Part shown: positions 38,814-46,859 of the stretch, piece by piece
How positions within the stretch are numbered: position 1 is the stretch's first letter
How the letters are laid out: each line of letters opens with the position of its first letter
DNA from: a virus
Length of the DNA stretch: 64,000 bases
Strand: one strand, 5' to 3'
IMG/VR virus record: IMGVR_UViG_3300025584_000449
Span: 1 to 64,000 of that record
The notes under the pieces: generated by a model
What the model was told of the DNA's origin: nothing
Databases searched by the model: none
Seen by the model: the letters and a program-made list of their open reading frames with translations, nothing else
Translations under genes and position numbers: made by a program

Positions 38814-38888
38814 GGTGCGGAATGACGGACTTGAACCGCCGACACTCTGGATGTAACCCAGATGCTCTTCCAGCTGAGCTAATCCCGC
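38814..38888 (-). tRNA. tRNA-Val(TAC)
   Basis: Cloverleaf; loop GTTACAT. Confidence 0.85.
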
Positions 38889-38890
38889 AA

Positions 38891-39487
38891 TTAATTAAAC
38901 ATTATTTCTATATGCTCTTTTGGCAATTCTTTTTTAATTGCTTGTGCTAATTCTCTAATTTCCCAAAGAGCAGCTTTGGACATTCTTAAACTTAAAAAGT
39001 TTCTTAAACTTCTAGCATTAATAGTCCATACAGCCTCAAACTTTAAAGACTCTGGTATTTTGTGTTTAAATCTGTCTGGAACTAACCCTTTACGTTTTAC
39101 GATCTCTATGAGATTTTTAACATATTCAAATTCTAATTGATCCAAATCAGGATCGGTGCTTACAAACTGCTCACTTAATTCTTCATCTGTAAGTTTACTT
39201 AATTTCTTTAAAGTATACCGAGTACTTCTTACAGAAGGAGAAGCGATTCTATGTCTCGCTAGCTCCTGCAATACTGCTCTACTAAATCCCTCAATCTTAA
39301 AAGTATATACTATATGCTCTATTACACTCTCATGATTTTTAGCTAAAATACTTTTTAATAGAGCCATATCGCGTGGTCCATTATTGTCACTTTTATCCAT
39401 TGAATCCCAGCAAGTTCTTGCTGCTAATACTGCTAAATCAATCGGACTATTATATAATAGTTCCACACGTTGTGTATTTTTACTCAT
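38891..39487 (-). CDS. thyX: FAD-dependent thymidylate synthase
   Basis: HESVIEH, SRAVLQELARHRIASPSVRSTRY. Confidence 0.95.
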   Translation of the reverse strand: MSKNTQRVELLYNSPIDLAVLAARTCWDSMDKSDNNGPRDMALLKSILAKNHESVIEHIVYTFKIEGFSRAVLQELARHRIASPSVRSTRYTLKKLSKLTDEELSEQFVSTDPDLDQLEFEYVKNLIEIVKRKGLVPDRFKHKIPESLKFEAVWTINARSLRNFLSLRMSKAALWEIRELAQAIKKELPKEHIEIMFN

Positions 39488-39576
39488 TGTTTTCTTTCTG
39501 TTTAAGTACGCTCGGAAGGGATCGAACCTTCGACCACCTGATTAACCTACCACACTGGCTTTCACCAGCCAAAGCT

Positions 39577-40071
39577 TTATTGCTTTGTTGTAGTCTGGAC
39601 CATCTCTTCACCATCAGCATTACCTGTTACGGTGGGTAACGTATGGCCTCTGAGGGCTTCCTCAAAGGATCTGTAGTTATCCATGTAGTGCACGTTTTTT
39701 TCCTGATTATTCTTTGTAGGAATAGTCCTAAAAGACATGGTCTTTCTTTTTCCTTTTGACAAAAGATACTTACTATTTATATAAGCTATTTTATCTTCCT
39801 CAAAAGCATATAGAGCAAAAATATCTATATCCCCATCATCGTAAATATACGAATAATTTGGACCAGATTTTTTCGTATCTATAGTTACCAGATCTTTATG
39901 TGCTTTTCGTGCCTTTACTTGGATTTTTACAGGTCTTTGACCAACTAGTGCAATTAAATCCACTCTTGAGTTGTCTCCATATTCTATAAATACGGGATAT
40001 CCTCTAGAAAGTAGATCTTTCATTATAACTAGCTCGCCCAAAGCGCCTTTTTCTTTTGAGTGTAGTTCCAT
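39577..40071 (-). CDS. Intron-encoded PD-(D/E)XK homing endonuclease (I-Ssp6803I-like)
   Basis: KGALGE...GDNSRVDLI...KIQVK; the ORF runs into the intron core. Confidence 0.85.
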   Translation of the reverse strand: MELHSKEKGALGELVIMKDLLSRGYPVFIEYGDNSRVDLIALVGQRPVKIQVKARKAHKDLVTIDTKKSGPNYSYIYDDGDIDIFALYAFEEDKIAYINSKYLLSKGKRKTMSFRTIPTKNNQEKNVHYMDNYRSFEEALRGHTLPTVTGNADGEEMVQTTTKQ

Positions 40072-40094
40072 ATTAGTTTATCTCCTTTTCAACT

Positions 40095-40123
40095 AATATA
40101 GTACTACTCTAACGCTTTGTCAA
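40095..40123 (-). promoter_or_regulatory. sigma70-like promoter inside the intron, driving the endonuclease
   Basis: TTGACA-N17-TATATT followed by an AAGGAGA SD. Confidence 0.75.
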
Positions 40124-40333
40124 GGGTTGCCTGCTGATTACCCATTACTATCTTGTAGATTTTCACTAAAGGATTAGTACCACAAGCTTTAGGGCGTTCC
40201 AGCATATAGTTACCTCCACTTTATAGATTTCTCTATAAAGGCTCCATTTCTTAAAGTCAGATGCTCTTCCAACTGAGCTACGAGCGCATAAGTGGATGGG
40301 GAGAACTCTCCCCACCCTTCTCTAAATCAACTA

Positions 40334-40612
40334 TTAAAGCGTATTAGCTCTAATATACTGCATACCCTGCTTAGTCACACGAGGAATGCCGTTGTCCATA
40401 ACGATTCTACCGTGCTTCACAGAGCGCTGCCAAAAACTATTATAGTAATTGCCACGGCTGTTAGGACTTGTTCCAATTACCTTCGCGGTCAAAGCAATCT
40501 TATTTACTTCAGTCTTTCTCTTCGGCATCTTCTCTGTGCCATTGAAATTGCGAACTTCCTGTAAGTACTTAGCAGCCTTTGTCGCGTAATTAATTCTCTT
40601 TCTACGTGCCAT
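40334..40612 (-). CDS. Basic hypothetical protein
   Basis: R/K-rich 92-aa ORF. Confidence 0.55.
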   Translation of the reverse strand: MARRKRINYATKAAKYLQEVRNFNGTEKMPKRKTEVNKIALTAKVIGTSPNSRGNYYNSFWQRSVKHGRIVMDNGIPRVTKQGMQYIRANTL

Positions 40613-40614
40613 TG

Positions 40615-40824
40615 TTATATCATATCCTTCATATTATTTACATTATAAATTTCGGTGTATTGAGTCATAAACTCTTCAAAAATTTTTAGTCTTAGTGCTT
40701 CATCTTCGATATTCTCTTGTAAAACTTCACCTAAGATTGTTTTAACTTTAGTTTTATGAGCTTTTTTAGCCTCTAAAACTTGTGGAGAATTAAGAAAAGC
40801 TTCTAGCATTTTATTTTTGAACAC
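40615..40824 (-). CDS. Hypothetical protein
   Basis: 69-aa ORF in operon. Confidence 0.5.
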   Translation of the reverse strand: MFKNKMLEAFLNSPQVLEAKKAHKTKVKTILGEVLQENIEDEALRLKIFEEFMTQYTEIYNVNNMKDMI

Positions 40825-41167
40825 TATTATCCTTCTGAAAAAACAGTTCTAAATTACCGTCTTTATTTTCTTGAGCAAAAGCAAAGCGCCAACTTTCTTC
40901 ATATAGCTTATCTAACGCCCCAATAGTTATTTTTTTGGATGAGGTTAGTTCTATAGTTTTCCAATTATCGCTTTTCTTTTTTCTCTTTGCTTTCTTTTTA
41001 GCTGTCGGTATAACTGTTTTAGTTTCTTTTTTTACTTCTTTTTTTGCTGGTGTTTTAGCTTTTGCTTTAGTCACTTTTTTGACTGAGGTTCTGCTTTTTG
41101 CTTTGTCCTCAAGCGTAACACCTGCTGCAATTTCTGCCTTGGTTCGTCTTACTCTTTTTTGAGCCAT
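40811..41167 (-). CDS. Lys/Ala-rich, histone-H1-like putative DNA-binding protein
   Basis: KKVTKAKAKTPAKKEVKKE. Confidence 0.5.
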   Translation of the reverse strand: MAQKRVRRTKAEIAAGVTLEDKAKSRTSVKKVTKAKAKTPAKKEVKKETKTVIPTAKKKAKRKKKSDNWKTIELTSSKKITIGALDKLYEESWRFAFAQENKDGNLELFFQKDNSVQK

Positions 41168-41784
41168 TATATTATCTCATCTATAAGTTCAAACTCTAAA
41201 CACTGCTCAGCAGTGAGATAAAAATCATGCTCCATTTTTCTTTTCCAATAAGCTATATCCTTATTAGAAAATTCTGCGAAAAGTTCATACAATCTATTTT
41301 GTAATTTTGTTAAATGTTTAACTTCATTGGTGATTGTAGAAACTTTCCCGCTATACCAAGAGCTTATTTGATGAATCATAGCATAGCTATCTTGACCCAT
41401 CGACCTTACCCCTGTGCCTGAAACTAATAGTACTGCTGCTGCAGACATTGCTGTTCCAAAACATCTTGTATTAATCAGGACTGGGGCTGTTCGAACAATA
41501 TCAACTAACCCGTAACACCCATATATATCTCCCCCATAAGAGGATATTTCTAGGGTGATGGGTTTCTTTTTATCAGCTTCATCAGATAATTGATTTATTA
41601 ATCTAATTATTTGTGAAAGCCAAATAGGTGATATAAGTTCAACATCATCAGTAAAGTATATTATTCTTTCTTTTGAATTAAAGGACCATTCGGTCTCGTA
41701 GAATAATAATTCTTTACGTTTTAGATCTAAATCAGATCCTTCTAAAATTTTTGGTTTTTTACTATTTTCTATAGAAGGATTCAT
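41167..41784 (-). CDS. clpP: ClpP-like protease subunit
   Basis: SYGGD, AMSAA (Ser), MIHQ (His), DFYLTAEQCLEFELIDEI (Asp). Confidence 0.9.
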   Translation of the reverse strand: MNPSIENSKKPKILEGSDLDLKRKELLFYETEWSFNSKERIIYFTDDVELISPIWLSQIIRLINQLSDEADKKKPITLEISSYGGDIYGCYGLVDIVRTAPVLINTRCFGTAMSAAAVLLVSGTGVRSMGQDSYAMIHQISSWYSGKVSTITNEVKHLTKLQNRLYELFAEFSNKDIAYWKRKMEHDFYLTAEQCLEFELIDEII

Positions 41785-41791
41785 GGACTAC

Positions 41792-42016
41792 CTATTCCTC
41801 TACAGATGCCAGTATAGTCACATCAAAAGCCTGAAGACCCTTGCCTGTATCTTGAATCTCAAACTCTACAGCTTGATTTCTTCTAAGCTTTTTATATCCA
41901 TCCATGTCGATTTGAGAAAAATGAACAAAGATTTCACTAGGATTACCATCTTCTTCTAGAAAACCATATCCTTTCTTTGCCGAAAACCATTTAACTCTTC
42001 CTTCAACTTTTTCCAT
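41792..42016 (-). CDS. cspA: Cold-shock domain protein
   Basis: GRVKWFSAKKGYGFL, IFVHFSQI. Confidence 0.93.
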   Translation of the reverse strand: MEKVEGRVKWFSAKKGYGFLEEDGNPSEIFVHFSQIDMDGYKKLRRNQAVEFEIQDTGKGLQAFDVTILASVEE

Positions 42017-42254
42017 TCTTCACTTCCTTAACAAAATTCTCTATGTATCTTAGTTGTCTTATTAGACTATTTAAATTATTTCCATATAGCTGAATTTCCT
42101 GACTATTAACATCAGTGGCCTTTTTAAATTTGCAATGTAATAATGTTACATTAGATGATTGCTTACATACTTTTTCGCATGTCATACATATTTTATTAAT
42201 TCCAAATTTTTCAGCTGCTGGCCAATTCTCTATTTTATTTTTCATTCTTTTCAC
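42003..42254 (-). CDS. Hypothetical protein with a Cys cluster
   Basis: CMTCEKVCKQ...C. Confidence 0.5.
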   Translation of the reverse strand: MKRMKNKIENWPAAEKFGINKICMTCEKVCKQSSNVTLLHCKFKKATDVNSQEIQLYGNNLNSLIRQLRYIENFVKEVKNGKS

Positions 42255-42289
42255 ACGGTTTAGCTATACTTGCTAGACTGCTTTGAGTC

Positions 42290-43100
42290 ACGCTCTTTTG
42301 AGCGCAACAGACCTCAATGGCAGTCTTTGGCGATAGAGCTTCTTTTTAGAAAGCTCCGTTTCTTTTAAACCACCAATTCTTTTGATGAACGGAACGTTTA
42401 TCTTTGTGTCACCAGTGACACACATCTATAGCTAGTTTGATTACACACGTCGTCGAGACCCAGTTATTAACATTACTAATAATACGAATAATTGAATATT
42501 GTATATAATTCAACTGTATTTTGTAATGTTACAACTATAGATCACATGTAAGTAATAACTATTTATTTATAATAACGTTAGATATTATAACATAAACTAA
42601 TTATTATCTTCTTGTGAACTATCAGTTTTAATATTGACTGAAGTCACAACAATAAGATTGGTATTTTGTGCAAGTATTCGATTATTCGTATTATTAGTAA
42701 TATTAATAACCACTTAATGGTGTGGCACAAATTAATTCTTCTCGTTAGCGAAACGTTAACGTTCTTTACATTTGTAAAGATTAGACTGTAATCAGTACTT
42801 CAACTCAGGACCTACTTGTCGTTATAAACTATAGCGTCCTATAGTTCTTTCGCGCAAAGCATATATCCCGCGAATTCGTACTTGTCGAAGACAACTAGAA
42901 AAAGTTCTTACCTGGGGTACTTTTTTAAGTTTTATATGACGAAGTCTTCATAAAATTAAAAGGTGCCCTTGGTTGGAACTTTCTTCGTTACGTGTTTCTT
43001 CGAAGAAGTTAAAATACAACACTAACGGATCGTTAGTGTCTTCTATAAATTAATATAAAATTATGACTACGAATTCTAAATCATAGCTCGGCTACGATTT
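42290..43100. other. Non-coding hairpin-rich region (candidate origin or large structured RNA)
   Basis: 36-bp inverted repeat (42463-98 / 42675-710, 2 mismatches) plus many 6-9-bp hairpins; no credible ORF. Confidence 0.55.
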
Positions 43101-43129
43101 TATTTGCTATATTCTTATACCGTAATAAT

Positions 43130-43462
43130 CTACGTATTATCAAGCAGTTTGTCAACCTTTTTATTTAATTCATTGACTTCAGCTAGTAACCCGGCTACGG
43201 CTTTAAGTATTAAAGTTGTAACTTCATCTTCTGGATCTACATCAATATCATTAAATGTTACATTACTCCAGCCAGACGGCATATTAATTAATGGAGTAGT
43301 AGTACTATGTGTTTTACCTGTGGTAGAGCCACCAGAAGTATCGACATAGAGCGTGTTTTGGTTTTCACTCCAAGTTGTATTATCTATATAGGATTTGAGC
43401 TCTCCATAGAACACACCTATACCTTTTTTGTTAGCCTTTTCATCCTTCATATGATTCCTCAA
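43130..43462 (-). CDS. Hypothetical protein
   Basis: 110-aa ORF. Confidence 0.5.
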   Translation of the reverse strand: MRNHMKDEKANKKGIGVFYGELKSYIDNTTWSENQNTLYVDTSGGSTTGKTHSTTTPLINMPSGWSNVTFNDIDVDPEDEVTTLILKAVAGLLAEVNELNKKVDKLLDNT

Positions 43463-43784
43463 TTAGTTTTATAATATTATTCTTTTCTTCTTCTGTATTA
43501 TACTCATACGTCATTATAGCAGTAAACGTAGTAGGTATAAAACGCAAGAATCCCTCCTTTAAAGGAGCTGGAGATATTACGTAACTAGAGTGAATCCATA
43601 TTGTTGGCATCTCTTGATAAGCTTTTTCATCTGGCTTCTTATTTAATAAGCTTATCGAAGTTCCTTTAGCCTCTGAGCATTTTCCTGATAGCGCATCCTC
43701 TAGAGTTGCGTCCAGCCAGAAAATCTCTCCTCCCATTACGTGTATTTCTGAAATTGTGTGTTTCTTTAGAATATCAAATGTCAT
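43440..43784 (-). CDS. Hypothetical protein
   Basis: 114-aa ORF. Confidence 0.5.
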   Translation of the reverse strand: MTFDILKKHTISEIHVMGGEIFWLDATLEDALSGKCSEAKGTSISLLNKKPDEKAYQEMPTIWIHSSYVISPAPLKEGFLRFIPTTFTAIMTYEYNTEEEKNNIIKLIEESYEG

Positions 43785-43786
43785 AT

Positions 43787-44815
43787 TTATATATCGGTTG
43801 GGTTTCCTGAAAAAATTATTTTGTTCTCTTTAATATTGTTATGTTCTAATAAAAAGTCAAGCACAAAACCTTTAAACACCTCAAAAGTTTCAAATACTTG
43901 TAATCTATTGTAAGCATGTAACTTAAATGTTCCTACTAGAATTAAAATATCAATCTTGTTGAAGATCACATTGTTAGTTCCAGTAGCTGTTATTGCATAG
44001 GATAGTTTATCTAGATCTAGCCATCCTATATGTCTCTGTCTACCAGTAGTTACTCCGATCTCATTTCCTTCTATACGAATTTTATCGAAGATTTCATCGT
44101 CAAGACCTTGTTCTCTGAATTGTTTAAATCCTGAATAAGTCTCGTACACTTTAGCACATCCATAGATATCTCTAAGACTTTGAGGAGCTACTCCAGCCGT
44201 GAAGGCAGAGCAGGGCAATACACTGCTTGAGGTTACATATGGGTAATCTCCATGGTCTATGTCTAGCCAGAACCCTTGAGCGCCTTCGAATAATATATTG
44301 ATGTCTCGAAAGCCATCCAATTTATTTAATACTTTTACCGGATCCACAGTAAAGTCTTTTAGTAACGGGTGTGTCTCTGCTCTGATGTTTGTTCTATGCA
44401 TTTTTCCAGCATAGCACGGGCCGTTGCCTTGAAGCGTGACTCCAATAGAGCTATCTTTTTTATCTTGTTTTAGATGTTTATCTTCTATTACGTGAGCATT
44501 CTTTGCAATAAATAATCTATTGCGAATGTCCATATCAGAGGCATTTTCAACTTCTTCAAGCTCTTCTAAGAATTTCTCTGGATTGACTACGCAACCCGGC
44601 CCTATTAAAGATTTGGTTGATGCTTTTACTGGAAAGGGAATAGAATGTGTTTGTATCTTTTTTCCATCTATATATGATGTATGTCCTGCATTATGTCCGC
44701 CGTTGAAGCGAACTACCCAATCATAATTAAATGTTTTTTGGAGAGATGTGCTCACCTTCCCTTTCCCTTCGTCGCCCAGCTGTAACCCCACCACAATGTC
44801 TGAATTCAAATTCAT
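43787..44815 (-). CDS. purA: Adenylosuccinate synthetase (short form)
   Basis: GDEGKGK, GGHNAGHT, EGAQG, YPYVTSS, TTGRQR. Confidence 0.92.
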   Translation of the reverse strand: MNLNSDIVVGLQLGDEGKGKVSTSLQKTFNYDWVVRFNGGHNAGHTSYIDGKKIQTHSIPFPVKASTKSLIGPGCVVNPEKFLEELEEVENASDMDIRNRLFIAKNAHVIEDKHLKQDKKDSSIGVTLQGNGPCYAGKMHRTNIRAETHPLLKDFTVDPVKVLNKLDGFRDINILFEGAQGFWLDIDHGDYPYVTSSSVLPCSAFTAGVAPQSLRDIYGCAKVYETYSGFKQFREQGLDDEIFDKIRIEGNEIGVTTGRQRHIGWLDLDKLSYAITATGTNNVIFNKIDILILVGTFKLHAYNRLQVFETFEVFKGFVLDFLLEHNNIKENKIIFSGNPTDI

Positions 44816-45660
44816 ATTTTCTTATATTCCTTATAATATTGTGCAAATTTTGCAAATGTTGCATGATTTCTACCATATTTTTTATGATAGTTTTTATGAC
44901 AAATTTCACATAAAGTTATTCCATTATATAAATTATATCTGTCTTCCGGAAAGTTAGCCCAACTATTTAAATGGTGAGCATTTAAATTTTTTCCCTTGTT
45001 ATTTTTACATATACAGCAAGTATACTTATCGCGGGCAAAGATAGAAGTGCGCCACTGTTTATTTTCACTAGTGCTTCTTTCTGCTAGACGCTCTTTATCA
45101 GATTTATTATGATTGTAATTAAAATGGTAAATACCTTTTTGTCTAGATATGCACCCACAAGATTTAGTTACTCCAGTTTTTAAACTATGGGCAATAACAG
45201 TCGGTTCATTGCCGCAGTCACATTTACATACCCATTTAGTAAATCCATTTAAATCATTTTTAGCTCTTTTAATTACAATTAATTTACCAAATCTTTGATT
45301 AACAAGATTGTCAAGTCGTGTTATACAGCCACAAGATTTAGTACGTTTACTTTTTAAACTTTTAGATTTTACAATTTTTTCATTTCCACAACTACATTTG
45401 CATAACCATTTTTGATTTCCAACATATTTAACTACAGTTAGTTTGCCAAAAATTTTCCCTACTAAGTCTTTAACTTTTAAAACTAAACAACCACAAGATT
45501 TAGTATGACCTGAAAGCAATTTACTTCCTACAATAACTTTTTCATTTCCACAATCACACTTACAAGCCCATAATATTTTTCTGTGTTTATTTTTACCAGC
45601 TATTTTAATTACTGTTAATCTACCAAACTTTTGTCCAGTTAAATCTATAAGTTTACCCAT
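44812..45660 (-). CDS. HNH endonuclease with three 'FGxLTV...WxCxCxCG' repeats
   Basis: Repeated KFGRLTV/CKCDCGN units and a C-terminal AHH...N..TLCEICH. Confidence 0.85.
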   Translation of the reverse strand: MGKLIDLTGQKFGRLTVIKIAGKNKHRKILWACKCDCGNEKVIVGSKLLSGHTKSCGCLVLKVKDLVGKIFGKLTVVKYVGNQKWLCKCSCGNEKIVKSKSLKSKRTKSCGCITRLDNLVNQRFGKLIVIKRAKNDLNGFTKWVCKCDCGNEPTVIAHSLKTGVTKSCGCISRQKGIYHFNYNHNKSDKERLAERSTSENKQWRTSIFARDKYTCCICKNNKGKNLNAHHLNSWANFPEDRYNLYNGITLCEICHKNYHKKYGRNHATFAKFAQYYKEYKKI

Positions 45661-45728
45661 TCATTTTCCTTAAACAAAAATAGGATGTGAGAATGTTCTC
45701 ACACCCTATCTCAATAATTTTAAATCTA

Positions 45729-46859
45729 CTATATGTCCGGTATACTTGTGACAGAGGTTGCACGTTCTGAGACATAATTTATAGTATCATAATGTAAGTC
45801 TAATTCGCTAAACGACCCAGGCCTTAGTAGAGCAAACTCTCTTTCACCTAAATCATATTCGCTACTCGCTATATCCAAGAACTCGTTCGCCCACGAATAA
45901 GTACCACGCTCTTCCCTTTCAAAATTAATAAAATCTCCCAGTACTTGGTCCATAATGAAAAAGTTAGTTGTAAGAAAAATACTACTTACTTTTCCATTTG
46001 GAAATAGCTCTGTCTTTTGAAAAGGCTCAAATGGGTCATACTCAGCATAGTAATTCTGCAATGCTGCTTCACACACAACTAGCCTTTGCTTACTTAAGAA
46101 AGGTAAACTGTTTAAATGTGCTATTTGTCTGTGTCTATCTATGTGTAGCTCTGACGGTGAATGAATAGTTCCAAAATGATTCTTCATAGCACCTGTTACA
46201 TAACCTTTATGTCCTTTAAATAGACTTAAATTGATAATATGATTAGCTTGTTCAACCACTGTGGGAATTTGCTCTGCCGCCCCATTAGGGAAAGTAAAGC
46301 TTTCTCCTAATACTCTATTATCATAATCTACTATCTCTACCCCATTAAACGTTGACCCATACCATTTATTAGTCCAGAAAGAGGGCCAACGTCTAACTAT
46401 ATCATATAGTTTTATATCCTGGTGTGGTATACCATACTCTATTAAAGAGTTAGTTACTGCTCTAGCAAACGTAGGTGATGAGTTAGGTAAATCCTCATCG
46501 TAGCAATTCATATTCATTTTTATTGCTACTTTATCTCCTGATTGATAATTACTTAATACTAGACCCCACGCTTCGGTCATAGAGCTAGTATCAGAAAGAC
46601 GCATTAATCCCCACTCAAAAGCGTTCTTCAAATTATCGTAATTATTATAATCTTCCCAATAGTTAGAGCTATAATCCCAATCGTTAAGATTAGGATCATA
46701 GGCTCTTACTATTCTATTCGTGGCTACTACTGAAGCTGATGTCGGCGGCGAATGTTGATTACCATTAGGAAAATAGAGTGTAGAGATATCCCTACACCCC
46801 ATTATTCCCATGCTTCCTATAAGAGTGCCAAGAAAAGTACGTCTAGTATACTTACTCAT
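45729..46859 (-). CDS. DUF362-like protein with a Tat-type signal
   Basis: RRTFLG twin-arginine; KVAIKMN; IINL..KGH..VTGAMKN.FG. Confidence 0.75.
   Translation of the reverse strand: MSKYTRRTFLGTLIGSMGIMGCRDISTLYFPNGNQHSPPTSASVVATNRIVRAYDPNLNDWDYSSNYWEDYNNYDNLKNAFEWGLMRLSDTSSMTEAWGLVLSNYQSGDKVAIKMNMNCYDEDLPNSSPTFARAVTNSLIEYGIPHQDIKLYDIVRRWPSFWTNKWYGSTFNGVEIVDYDNRVLGESFTFPNGAAEQIPTVVEQANHIINLSLFKGHKGYVTGAMKNHFGTIHSPSELHIDRHRQIAHLNSLPFLSKQRLVVCEAALQNYYAEYDPFEPFQKTELFPNGKVSSIFLTTNFFIMDQVLGDFINFEREERGTYSWANEFLDIASSEYDLGEREFALLRPGSFSELDLHYDTINYVSERATSVTSIPDI

Larger units (their letters stand above)
39546..40253 (-). mobile_element. Group I intron carrying a homing endonuclease
   Basis: Follows an exon U and ends in G; Q-like AATCAGCAGG, R-like CTCAGAGGCCATA, S-like AAGAGATGGTCC. 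Confidence 0.85.
39506..40287 (-). tRNA. tRNA-Lys(TTT) split by a group I intron; exons 40254-40287 and 39506-39545
   Basis: 5' exon GCGCTCG...TCTGACTT (34 nt) joined to 3' exon TTAATCAGG...GAGCGTA gives a cloverleaf with loop CTTTTAA. Confidence 0.85.

Noticed and set aside
43787-44815. PurZ (2-aminoadenine Z-genome pathway)
   Set aside because: It keeps the PurA catalytic Asp in GDEGKG (PurZ has Ser) and TTGRxR. No dATPase-like partner was recognised nearby.
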